This document shows, piece by piece, positions 9,979-19,800 of a stretch of 61,623 bases of DNA. The notes under the pieces were generated by a model that worked only from the letters and a program-made list of their open reading frames with translations, did not search any database and had not been told where the DNA came from. Source of the stretch: an uncultured Pirellulales bacterium. Lineage in GTDB: Bacteria; Planctomycetota; Phycisphaerae; Sedimentisphaerales; Anaerobacaceae. Position 1 is the first letter of the stretch. The number at the start of each line of letters is the position of its first letter. The position numbers and the translations under genes were made by a program. The stretch covers positions 1-61,623 of the forward strand of contig CAYONQ010000001.1 in NCBI GenBank assembly GCA_964405375.1, written 5' to 3'.

Positions 9979-11400
9979 ATGGCAAAATCAGCAAAAACAA
10001 CCGGAAAGAAACGAACAAGAAAAATCCCTACCAAGCTCGCCAAGGTCAAGAGCAAAAAGGCGTTTAAGAGCTACGATGGGGCAATTAAGTACCTTTTAGG
10101 GAAGACAGACTACGAAAAGCAAAGGCATCTGCGGTACAATGTCGATACGTTTAATCTCAACAGGATGGAGAAGCTGCTGTCTTTAGTGGGCAATCCGCAT
10201 AAAAAAATCGCCACAGTCCATATAGCCGGCACAAAAGGCAAAGGCAGCACAGCCACAATGCTGGCGAAGATGCTTGAGGCAAACGGTTATAAGGTTGGAT
10301 TATACACATCCCCCCATGTGGTTCACCTGCATGAGCGAATTGCAGTCAACTCCAAAATGATTAACAAATCAGAAATGCACGGGCTACTGAACCGCATTTA
10401 CGCACCGGTTGAGAAGATGTCAAAGACCGAGTCCGGGGCCCCTACCTTCTTCGAGATTATGACGGCATTGGCGTTTATGCATTTTGCGGATGTTAAGACC
10501 GATATCTCGGTAATCGAAACAGGTTTAGGCGGCAGATTAGACAGCACCAACGTTATTCGGCCTGAAGTGGTCGGTATAACCAGTTTGAGCATTGACCACC
10601 AGCATCAATTAGGCGAAACAATCGACAAAATCGCATGGGAGAAGGCCGGTGTATTCAAGAGGGGTGTTCCAATTGTTACCGTGCAACAGGACCCGAAGGC
10701 GATGCGTGTTCTAAAGTCGCAGGCCAGCGCTATAAAGGCGCCAATGAGCACAACCGGCCAGGACATTGACTTCTCATATCGATTCGAGACATCGCGGGAA
10801 CATGGGCCGCATACGAGGGTCTGCCTGACAACGCCGACGAGTAAATTTGAACACCTGCGAGTGCCTTTACACGGCAAGCACCAAGCCATTAACTGCGGGC
10901 TGGCTCTGGCTATGCTGGATAAACTTAAGGTAATCGGCTACAAAATAGACGAAGAGAAAACAACCAGGGGATTGGACAGCGTCTCGCTAACCGGCCGAAT
11001 GGAAATGATTTGTGATGACCCGAGGATTATGATAGACGCCGCTCACAACGCCGCCAGCATCCGGGCCCTGATACATGCAACAGGTCAGAATATCCCTTAC
11101 GACTCTATGGTGGTAATCTTCGGCTGTAATGACGGCAAAGACGTCGAAGGGATGCTGCGTGAGCTGCAATATGGAGCCGACAAGGTGATATTCACCCGCA
11201 GTAACTCGGCGAGAGCGAAGTCTCCGGTGGAACTGGCGGATATGTATACCGAGATATGCGGCAAGATGTGCCAGACCGCTACGAGCTTAGGTGAGGCACT
11301 GCGGCTTGCCGGAAGCGCTGTCGGCAAAGAAGACCTGATTTGTATTACGGGCAGCTTTTATCTCATCGGCCAGGCCAAAGTGCGTATGCAAGCCAGCTAA
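9979..11400 (+). CDS. folC: Bifunctional folylpolyglutamate synthase/dihydrofolate synthase
   Basis: The Mur-ligase P-loop HIAGTKGKGST is present, along with SLSIDHQHQLG and DAAHNAAS motifs. The start is probably ATG 9979 rather than GTG 9973. Confidence 0.9.
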   Translation: MAKSAKTTGKKRTRKIPTKLAKVKSKKAFKSYDGAIKYLLGKTDYEKQRHLRYNVDTFNLNRMEKLLSLVGNPHKKIATVHIAGTKGKGSTATMLAKMLEANGYKVGLYTSPHVVHLHERIAVNSKMINKSEMHGLLNRIYAPVEKMSKTESGAPTFFEIMTALAFMHFADVKTDISVIETGLGGRLDSTNVIRPEVVGITSLSIDHQHQLGETIDKIAWEKAGVFKRGVPIVTVQQDPKAMRVLKSQASAIKAPMSTTGQDIDFSYRFETSREHGPHTRVCLTTPTSKFEHLRVPLHGKHQAINCGLALAMLDKLKVIGYKIDEEKTTRGLDSVSLTGRMEMICDDPRIMIDAAHNAASIRALIHATGQNIPYDSMVVIFGCNDGKDVEGMLRELQYGADKVIFTRSNSARAKSPVELADMYTEICGKMCQTATSLGEALRLAGSAVGKEDLICITGSFYLIGQAKVRMQAS

Positions 11401-11661
11401 TCACGTCAGAGCAGGTGCACACCAGCAGCCACCGGCGACAAAAGAGACGACCTTTCTTTCCCATATAAGATACATTACTGGTTTTTCTCTTTACTGATAG
11501 TAGGTCAGATTTAGGTCTTCTTAATCGACTTTTTATACCCAAAGCCAAAGAGGCGAAAAATAGATTAAAATGGTCTTGGCAGTTTTCCAAGATGCAGGAT
11601 AATATCTGCTGATTTCTACGTAATGCTTTAGCTTCTATCGCAGCAAGAGAGAAATAAGGAA

Positions 11662-12996
11662 ATGGTCAATTCAACGGTTAGCAGCAAGACAACAAGCTCA
11701 TCTCAGTCGGGCCCGGAACTGACCCGCGGCCGACGGTTAGGGAAGTATCGGCTTGAAAAGCGGCTCGGCATCGGCGGTATGTGCGAGGTCTGGAAGGCCA
11801 AGGACTGCGTGGAGGGGATATGGGTGGCCCTGAAGATACCTCAGGCGGACATTAACGGCGAGCGCGATAACCAGAGCTTATTCAGGGAGATTCGGCTGGT
11901 TGCGCAGCTTCGTCATCCCCACATAATGCCGGTCAAGAACGCGGACATCATTGATGACTATGCGGTGATGGCAACCGAACTGTCGGTCGGGACTTTAGCC
12001 GACCGCTGTAAACCTATGTCGGTGCGGCGAATCATATCCATTACCGCCCAGGTGCTCGACGGGCTGGCCTACGCACACCACAATCGGCTGGTACACTGCG
12101 ATGTTACGCCGGGTAATATATTTCTTTTTCCAAACGGCAGGGCTGCGCTGGGGGATTTCGGTATTGGTTTGCGGCTTAAAGGCCGGATGAAAACTATAGA
12201 CGAATACGGCACTGTCGGGTACGTGGCGCCCGAGCAGGCGTATGGCCGACCCACCTATTGCAGCGACTGTTTTGCCGTTGGGTTAATCCTTTACGAATAT
12301 CTGACGGGGGTCCTTTTGCGGTGGCCCTTTCGCTGGCCCGGCCGGGGCTACAAGCGCCTGTGCGAGCGGACAAATACGGCTATGGCAAAATTCCTGCAAA
12401 AGTCTTTGTTGGTTAGCCCCGCCCGGCGATTTGCCAATGCCGAACAGATGCGAATGGCGCTGCTTCAGGCAATACCCAGAAACCTTAGAGGTAAGCTGGC
12501 CTTGAAATCGGTGGGTAAAGAAAAGGACGACTGGCGCAAGGTGCGGCGTAAGGCCTTTATCAGGCGATACGGCAAGGTTTTTCCCACCATTTTCCGGTGT
12601 GTGGAATGTGGCGAGCCGATAGCCGAGAGTATGGCGGTCTGTCCGTGGTGCGGCAGCAGCCGGAACCGGTTCGACACTCACAGTGAATTCAGCTATATCT
12701 GCCCGCGCTGCCATAAGGGTGTGCTGGGTGAGTGGCGATACTGCCCGTGGTGCTACGGTGCGGGTTTTAAGTCGCCCAGTTCCGAGCGTTCAAAGGGTGT
12801 GCGTTATCACGACCGGTGCAAGTACTGCGACGGCAAATTGATGCGTTTTATGCGATACTGCCCGTGGTGCCGGCGGAAGGTGCGACAGAAGTGGACTGTA
12901 GCAATCTTTCCAGAAGTATGCGGTCGATGCGGCTGGCCGGTAGATTCCAGCTTCTGGAATTACTGCCCGTGGTGTAAACAGGGCTTGATTCAATAA
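11662..12996 (+). CDS. Ser/Thr protein kinase with four C-terminal zinc-ribbon (CxxC...CPWC) modules
   Basis: Kinase motifs include the glycine loop with VALKIP lysine, the HCDVTPGNIF catalytic loop, the DFG motif (LGDFG) and VAPE. The C-terminus carries VECGEP..VCPWCG, CPRCH..YCPWCY, CKYCD..YCPWCR and CGRCG..YCPWCK. Confidence 0.88.
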   Translation: MVNSTVSSKTTSSSQSGPELTRGRRLGKYRLEKRLGIGGMCEVWKAKDCVEGIWVALKIPQADINGERDNQSLFREIRLVAQLRHPHIMPVKNADIIDDYAVMATELSVGTLADRCKPMSVRRIISITAQVLDGLAYAHHNRLVHCDVTPGNIFLFPNGRAALGDFGIGLRLKGRMKTIDEYGTVGYVAPEQAYGRPTYCSDCFAVGLILYEYLTGVLLRWPFRWPGRGYKRLCERTNTAMAKFLQKSLLVSPARRFANAEQMRMALLQAIPRNLRGKLALKSVGKEKDDWRKVRRKAFIRRYGKVFPTIFRCVECGEPIAESMAVCPWCGSSRNRFDTHSEFSYICPRCHKGVLGEWRYCPWCYGAGFKSPSSERSKGVRYHDRCKYCDGKLMRFMRYCPWCRRKVRQKWTVAIFPEVCGRCGWPVDSSFWNYCPWCKQGLIQ

Positions 12997-13090
12997 TAAA
13001 CTCAAACTGACCGATGGCCAGTTTGAAAATGTAAAAATCAAAGTGCAAAACGCAAAATTGCGGAATGTATTGTCAAAAATAGAGTTACAT

Positions 13091-13119
13091 TTAACCCGCC
13101 CCTCGGAGGGGCGGGTTAA
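13091..13119 (+). terminator. Perfect 12-bp GC-rich hairpin (ttaacccgcccc / ggggcgggttaa) between the kinase and the phosphatase
   Basis: The stem arms are 13091-13102 and 13108-13119. No clear T-tract follows, so it may be an attenuating or processing hairpin rather than a full terminator. Confidence 0.5.
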
Positions 13120-13173
13120 ACATTTGCTACAAATCGGTTAGCTTGAGTAATAAAGGAAAGCGAAAAGTCATAA

Positions 13174-13956
13174 ATGATGAAAGACGCCGGCGGTAACCTA
13201 AAAGGACACTTTCCATTTTGCTGGGGTGCAGTTAGTGATACAGGCAAGGTGAGGAAGGAAAACGAGGATACGTTTCTGGTCGAGCCGGAATTGGGTCTGT
13301 TTCTGGTTTCAGACGGTATGGGGGGTGAGCGTGGAGGGGCGATTGCATCGAATATTGTGGCTGAAGACCTGCCCGTGATGATTGAGACCAGATTAGACAA
13401 ACTCAAATCACACAGCCCCCGGGCGATAAGAGCGCTTTTCAAAAAGACCATTATCGAACAAAGCAGACAAGTGCAGATGGAAGGGACAAGTGAGAGCGGC
13501 TACAAAGGGATGGGAGCAACGGTCGTTATGACACTGTTAAAAGACGGGCGGGCATACATCGCAAATCTGGGCGACAGCAGGATGTGTCGTTTTCGCAAAG
13601 GTAAGCTCGCGCAGCTTACGAAGGACCACTCGGTCGTATCCGAGCTTCTGCACGAAGGCAAGATTAGGCCGGAGGAAGCGGAAGGCCACGCCGCTGCGGG
13701 CCAAATCACGCACTACGTCGGTATGGAAGAAAAGGTCATCCCTTACGTACGGACATTTACTCTCAAAGAAAAAGACCGGCTGCTGCTGTGTACCGATGGG
13801 CTAACAGATATGGTAGATGACGCAGCCATTGCTGATATATTAGCAGGTGAGACAGAACCACAGGCGGCATCTGAAGCGCTTGTTGATGCGGCCAATGCTG
13901 CCGGCGGCTATGACAATGTTACGGCTATGGTTATCGATTGGCTTGGTCGTTCATAA
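13174..13956 (+). CDS. PP2C-family Ser/Thr protein phosphatase (Stp1-like)
   Basis: Motifs are EDTFLV, VSDGMGGERGG, LCTDGLTD and GGYDNVTAMVI. Confidence 0.9.
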   Translation: MMKDAGGNLKGHFPFCWGAVSDTGKVRKENEDTFLVEPELGLFLVSDGMGGERGGAIASNIVAEDLPVMIETRLDKLKSHSPRAIRALFKKTIIEQSRQVQMEGTSESGYKGMGATVVMTLLKDGRAYIANLGDSRMCRFRKGKLAQLTKDHSVVSELLHEGKIRPEEAEGHAAAGQITHYVGMEEKVIPYVRTFTLKEKDRLLLCTDGLTDMVDDAAIADILAGETEPQAASEALVDAANAAGGYDNVTAMVIDWLGRS

Positions 13957-14034
13957 TAACAGCCCAAAAAGCTGCCTCGGGAATTACCTCACCCCATAGA
14001 AATGTTTTCTCACCTACAAAGATTACCGGCAATT

Positions 14035-14043
14035 TGTTATAAT
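14035..14043 (+). promoter_or_regulatory. Possible extended -10 promoter element (TGtTATAAT) upstream of the radical SAM operon
   Basis: tgttataat lies at 14035-14043, the same 9-mer as in the folC promoter. No good -35 is present. Confidence 0.35.
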
Positions 14044-14114
14044 TGCAGGTGGAATAACACAACAGGGTACGAACATCTGTCTGGATTGCCTTTTCGCCGG
14101 ATGGGCCATAAAAG

Positions 14115-15098
14115 GTGAGGGTTAAGTTGAAAGTTCAGTGCGAATTATGTCCGAAAAGGTGTGTAATTAAACCGGGCCAAAGCGGTGAGTGCCGGGTGAG
14201 AATCAACATCGACGGGGTGCTGCGAACGGTGGTTTATGGATACCCGTGCTCAATCCATATCGACCCTGTGGAAAAAAAGCCACTTTTTCACTTCCTGCCG
14301 AGCAGCGGAATTCTTTCACTTGCTACTGTCGGGTGTAATCTTCACTGCAGGAACTGCCAGAACTGGGAGATATCGCAGGCCAATCCGGAAGACAGCCAGG
14401 CGGCATTCTGCCCGCCTGAAAGACTCGTGGCATTAGCCAAGTACTACAACTGCCCCTCGGTGGCGTATACCTATACCGACCCGATTGTCTATTATGAATA
14501 TACCTACGACACGGCGAAGCTGGCCCGGGATAAAGGGATACGCAATGTGCTTGTAACAGCCGGCTATATCAACACCGAGCCGTGGAAACGACTGCTGGAA
14601 TACGTGGACGCAGCGAACATTGATTTGAAAGGAATTACCGATGATTTTTACCGGCAGGTGTGCTTTGGAACATTAAAGCCGGTGCAGCAGGCCCTGATAG
14701 AAGCTGCGGCCAGCGGAATACTGCTTGAGGTTACGAACCTGATTATCCCGACGTTAAACGACAAACCCGAGGAGATACGGCAACTCGCCCGCTGGGTCAA
14801 GATGAATCTCGGCAGCGATATACCGCTGCACTTTTCGAGATTCTTTCCGCGTTACAAGATGCGGCATCTGCCGCAAACTTCGTCGAAGACATTAGATATG
14901 GCCCGTGAGATTGCGGTCAGCGAAGGGCTGCACTACGTTTACATAGGAAATATTCGAAGCAAAACCGGGCAGAACACGTATTGTCCGGGCTGCAAGGCGC
15001 TTCTCATTGAGCGAAGCGGCTATACTATTCTGCAGAACCGGCTCAAAGATGGGTTTTGTCCGGATTGCGGTAGAGAGATATACGGGGTCTGGAAATGA
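14115..15098 (+). CDS. AmmeMemoRadiSam system radical SAM enzyme (PflA-like activase family)
   Basis: The CX3CX2C radical SAM cluster is in GCNLHCRNCQNWEIS. The N-terminal CELCPKRCVIKPGQSGECRVR and C-terminal CPGC...CPDCG Cys pairs are typical of this family. It is immediately followed by Memo and AMMECR1 domains. Confidence 0.85.
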   Translation: MRVKLKVQCELCPKRCVIKPGQSGECRVRINIDGVLRTVVYGYPCSIHIDPVEKKPLFHFLPSSGILSLATVGCNLHCRNCQNWEISQANPEDSQAAFCPPERLVALAKYYNCPSVAYTYTDPIVYYEYTYDTAKLARDKGIRNVLVTAGYINTEPWKRLLEYVDAANIDLKGITDDFYRQVCFGTLKPVQQALIEAAASGILLEVTNLIIPTLNDKPEEIRQLARWVKMNLGSDIPLHFSRFFPRYKMRHLPQTSSKTLDMAREIAVSEGLHYVYIGNIRSKTGQNTYCPGCKALLIERSGYTILQNRLKDGFCPDCGREIYGVWK

Positions 15099-15277
15099 CA
15101 CGCAGAAAATTTATTGAGAAATTGATAAAGGCGGGGTCGGTAATTATTGTGGGCGGCTGGCATCTGACGAAAAAGGCCTCGCCGCGGAGATTTGTGCGGG
15201 CCCTTCGAATTAAAAAATATCCCGGCTCTCTAAAGCCCCTGCGTAATATCCATAAACAAGGCAAGTGGAGCGGCTGA
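15095..15277 (+). CDS. 60-aa basic mini-protein with a twin-arginine-like N-terminus (MTRRKFIEKLIKAGSVIIVGG)
   Basis: The ATG overlaps the rSAM stop (ATGA at 15095-15098), and its stop (15275-15277) lies 1 nt before the next ATG (15279). It fills the gap exactly. Codon usage looks genic. Confidence 0.55.
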   Translation: MTRRKFIEKLIKAGSVIIVGGWHLTKKASPRRFVRALRIKKYPGSLKPLRNIHKQGKWSG

Positions 15278-15278
15278 T

Positions 15279-16883
15279 ATGAACAAGCGAACCAAGAAAA
15301 TTACCCTGAGAAAATCCATTCTGGGTTTTGTGATTTTATTTCTGGTCATTCTCGCTGTTGTCTTCTGGGACGTGCGTATCCCGGAACCCATGGTCCCGGT
15401 GGAGGAGGGCCCAGCGCCAAAAAAAGCAGAGCCGGTAAAGGTGGCGAAGGCCGTTCTGCACTCGCCGCTTGCCGGCAAATGGTATCCCGCCGATGGACAG
15501 GCACTTAGCAGACAGATTGAGGGGTTTTTTCAAAAAGCGGATGTCGAGCCGAGAGCGGATGTAATTGCGTTGATTCTGCCGCACGCGGGGTATCAGTTCT
15601 CCGGCCAGACGGCGGTCTGCGGGCTGGCGACCACCGATAAAGAATATAAACGCATCGTCATCATCGGCCCAAGTCACTATGTGCCTATGGAAGATATGCT
15701 GAGCGTGCCGAGGGTAACACATTACGAAACGCCGTTAGGAGAGATACCTCTGGATGTGGAGTTTATAGAGAAGCTCCTGAAACACCCGGTATTTCAGAAC
15801 TCGCCGCAGACACACGAGTACGAGCACAGCGTTCAGATAGAGCTGCCGCTGCTACAATACCGGCAAAAGGATTTTAAGCTCGTGCCGATTGTGGCCGGGG
15901 CCTGCTCATCAGAAACAATTGAGAAGGCCGCCGCCGTTTTGAAAGGTCTGGTTGACGATGGGACAGTTGTAATCGCAAGCTCGGATTTTGTGCACTACGG
16001 CCGCAACTATGGTTACGTGCCGTTTACGGAAAATATACCTGAACAGATAAAGAAACTCGATATGGGGGCGTACGAACACATTGCCAGGTTAGACATTGGG
16101 GGCTTTCTGGAATATAAGCAGAGAACCGGCGCAACTATATGCGGCTATATTCCGCTTGCGATATTGCTTTCGATGTTAGACAAATCGGCCGAGGCGAAGC
16201 TGATAAAATACACAACCTCCGGCGAGCTGACGGGGGATTTCAGCAATTCGGTGAGCTACCTTTCGGTGTCCTTTTCAGGGAGGTGGGGAAACGTGGCGGG
16301 AATCGAGCCGCAGACGACTAACCCCGGATTGACCGAAGAAGATAAGGAGCAACTCCTGAATTTAGCGAGGCAATCTCTGGTTTACTTCCTGGAGAACCGC
16401 CGCGTCCCGCAGCTATCAGAACTAAACGTTACGGCCAACGAGGCGATGAAATCTCCACGTGCGGTGTTTGTAACGCTCAAGAAGAATTCTCATCTGAGGG
16501 GTTGTATAGGTGATATTTTTCCACAACGGCCTTTATGCAGGTCGGTAGCTATCAATGCGATTAACGCTGGTGTTAATGACAGGCGTTTTCTGCCGGTAAC
16601 AAAACAAGAGTGTAACGATATTACAATCGAGATATCCGCACTGACGGCACCGCAGCCCATCGGGTCGGCGGATGAGATAAGAATCGGCATAGACGGTGTC
16701 GTGTTAAATAAGGACGGCCGGTCGGCTGTGTTTCTGCCCCAAGTTGCGCCCGAGCAGGGCTGGGACGTTAATCAAATGCTCACACACCTGTCGCTGAAGG
16801 CGGGTTTGAGCGGCGATGCCTGGAAGGAAGGTGCGAGCTTTCTGGTGTTCCAGGCGGTTATTTTTGGTGAAGAAGAAAGATGA
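15279..16883 (+). CDS. Fusion of AmmeMemoRadiSam system protein B (Memo-like) and protein A (AMMECR1-like), with an N-terminal transmembrane anchor
   Basis: The N-terminus KKITLRKSILGFVILFLVILAVVFW is a predicted TM helix. Memo motifs are LPHAGYQFSG and SSDFVHYG. The AMMECR1 motif LRGCIGDIFPQ and SAVFLPQV lie in the C-terminal roughly 190 aa. Confidence 0.85.
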   Translation: MNKRTKKITLRKSILGFVILFLVILAVVFWDVRIPEPMVPVEEGPAPKKAEPVKVAKAVLHSPLAGKWYPADGQALSRQIEGFFQKADVEPRADVIALILPHAGYQFSGQTAVCGLATTDKEYKRIVIIGPSHYVPMEDMLSVPRVTHYETPLGEIPLDVEFIEKLLKHPVFQNSPQTHEYEHSVQIELPLLQYRQKDFKLVPIVAGACSSETIEKAAAVLKGLVDDGTVVIASSDFVHYGRNYGYVPFTENIPEQIKKLDMGAYEHIARLDIGGFLEYKQRTGATICGYIPLAILLSMLDKSAEAKLIKYTTSGELTGDFSNSVSYLSVSFSGRWGNVAGIEPQTTNPGLTEEDKEQLLNLARQSLVYFLENRRVPQLSELNVTANEAMKSPRAVFVTLKKNSHLRGCIGDIFPQRPLCRSVAINAINAGVNDRRFLPVTKQECNDITIEISALTAPQPIGSADEIRIGIDGVVLNKDGRSAVFLPQVAPEQGWDVNQMLTHLSLKAGLSGDAWKEGASFLVFQAVIFGEEER

Positions 16884-19800
16884 GATTTGCCCGCCCCGTT
16901 AGAAGTAAGTTGCAAGGAGAGGATACTGCCGCTGCCGTGCGGATTTCTAACGGGGCCCGCCGGTTTCTGATATTCAGTTATGGTTTGTTTACTATTGCCG
17001 CCCAGGCGCTTCTGTTTCGCGAGTTTATCACCACCTTCGAGGGCAACGATATAAGCGTTGGGATATTCTTCGGCTCGTGGTTTTTGTGGGTTGGTTTGGG
17101 GGCGATGCTGGTTTACAAAGCAGAGGCGGTGGCTAAGAAGCTGGTTCGCAACATGGAATTTCTGTTTCTGGCCTATCTGCCGGCTTTTATATTAGAGTTA
17201 ATACTGATTATCCAGGCCCGTGAGCTTGCAGGCATCGAGCCGTATGCACTGTTGAGCGTACGGGCCATTCTGCTTTTATCAATAGTGGTTAGCGCACCGG
17301 TCAGTGTCATTACGGGGATGCTGTTTCCCACCGCCTGCCGATGGGTCCAGCAGGAGAGGGAACTGCCTGTTTCGTATGTGTATATCACCGAGGCGGCGGG
17401 AGGCTTCACCGGCGGACTCGGTGTAACCGTTCTTCTGGGATTTGGCGTAAGTTCGGCAACGGTTTTTCTTATACTTGCCTTTGTCGTCTGTCTATCGGTA
17501 TCTGTCATTCAATTTGCCAAGGCGAGAGAGCGGCGCTCGGACGGTTTACCGTCTCGACTTTCTATCGTTCGATTGTCCGTATATTTGCTGCCTCTTTTTG
17601 TGGTGCTTTGCTTAGCCGGCGGGGCTGATAGGCCGTTGATGCGTTATGTGCGAGTTGTAAAATGGACAAAGCTGCTTCCTAAAGACGCTCTGGTTGGGTC
17701 ATTCCAGACAGCCCAGGCCGAGTATCTCTACGGGGTCTATCACGGTCAATGGATAGCCGTTCGCGAAGGCAGTGTTACCGAATCGCTGCCCGATGAAGAA
17801 ACCGCCGGTCGAATAGCCGCTACGGCTCTGTGCCAGAATCACGACGCTAAAAGAATCCTGGTGGTGGGTTCGGGATTGGGGCTGTGCGGCGAATTTCTGC
17901 GCCTGAGACAGATTGAGCAGGTGACCTGGGCACACTGCGACAGTGAATACGTCCAGAAGGTCAACAGATTCATACCGGCGGAACTTAAAATCAACGATGA
18001 GCGGTTATCTTATCTTGCCGGTGATGTTCGCTCTCTGCTGGGCCGCCGCCCTGCAAAAGACAGCGAAAGAAAACCCTATGACATAGTAATCATCAATCTG
18101 CCCGATGCGACCAGCTCGGTCCTTAACCGTTACTTCACGCTTGAATTTTATCAGCAGGTCAAAGAACGCTTAAGTCCTGACGGCGTGCTGGGAGTTCGTA
18201 TAGCAGGCGGTGAAAACATTATGGGCACCGAGCTAATCAATCTCGGCGCCTCTACAAAGCTGACGCTGGAGAAGGTCTTCTCGCAGCTTGTTTTAACGCC
18301 CGGCGAGGATACCTGGTTCATCGCATCCGATTCAGAAAATCTTACCGGCGACCCCGGCACTTTGCGGGACCGCTTTGCAACGATAGAAGGCGGAAGCGAC
18401 ATTCTTGCCGCCGAGGCGCTGCTTAGTATCTATCTGCCGGGGCGTGCGGCCACAGCCGTTGAGAACTATTCTGCTGCAGATTTACCGCAGGCACTTCTGA
18501 TTAACCGCGATTCGAGACCGCTGACGCATCTATACAGCTTATTACTCGCAGCGAAACAATCAGGGGCGCCGATTACAAAACTCGTTAAACATCTGGCTTT
18601 GGCGGGGCCGTCGGCCTTTCTTATCCCCGTTCTGATTTTTGTGGTCTTGCGGGTTATCTACATATTAAAAACAGCTCAGCGAGACATAAGGTCCAGCTTC
18701 GACAGTGCATTTCTGGTTTTCTCAGCGGGGTGGGTGGCAATCGGCGTTGTGATTTCTCTGATGTTTTTGTATCAGACCCGTTTCGGCTCGCTGTACCTGC
18801 ACATCGGGGTTATTTCATCTTTGTTTATGGCGGGCCTGACCGCCGGCGCAGTTTTAACTTCGTATCTCGTGAAGCGCAGGGGTAAGATGCTGCTGTTTAA
18901 AGTAATCCTGCTACATATACTAATCCTAATCGTAATCGCTTTTTGGCCGGCTGAACTGTGGACACATCCGGCGTTTGCGATTGCATTTGTTCTCTGCGGG
19001 CTGTGTTCGGGCAGTTACTTTCCGCTGGCTGCCGGCCAGCTTGCCGATTCTGCGTTTGAGCCGGGCCAGGCCGGCAGCAAGCTCGAAACCGCCGACCACC
19101 TCGGTGCATCAGCAGGAGGTGTGCTGACGAGCATTGCGCTTGTGCCTGTGCTGGGGACGAGGGCGACCTTATTCGTATTTGTTCTTCTCATTCTGGCCAA
19201 CGTGCCGGCTGCGGCACTAAAGATATACAGGCCAAAGCTGGTTTTTTCTTCGGATGCAGGTGCTTTTAGCTTACGTCGGCTCGGCTATATCTTATTCGGC
19301 GTGGGTCTGGCCGTTATGCTGTGCTCGAACCTGCTTATCTATGCCGGCAGAGGGCTGAGGCCGTCACTGTCGCAGTATGCGGCCCAGGCACTGGCCGGCG
19401 AATCGCACATCGAGCAGGCATCAGCGGTTGTCGGTGACAATGCCAAAAAGGTCAGCTATTTCAAGGTCTATGAGCCCGCTGATACGGCAGCGGAAAAGGC
19501 AACCAAAGAAATAGATACCAAACCGCCGGAGCCGGGAGCCCAAAAACTAACCGGATACATCTTCAGCTCCGAGGAGCTGGCGGACGAGGTTCGCGGATTC
19601 GGCGGTAAGATGAATCTTGCCATTTATGTGGATACTGCCGGCAGACTGATTAACTTCCACATAATACGGTCAAATGAAACGCCTTCATACCTTGAGATGC
19701 TCGGCCAATGGCGTGGGCTTCTCAATGGTCGTGAGCTTTTCCGGTCCCGGCCGTTCGCCGACGTTCACGCTGTAACCGGTGCCACCGTAAGCTCTATGGC

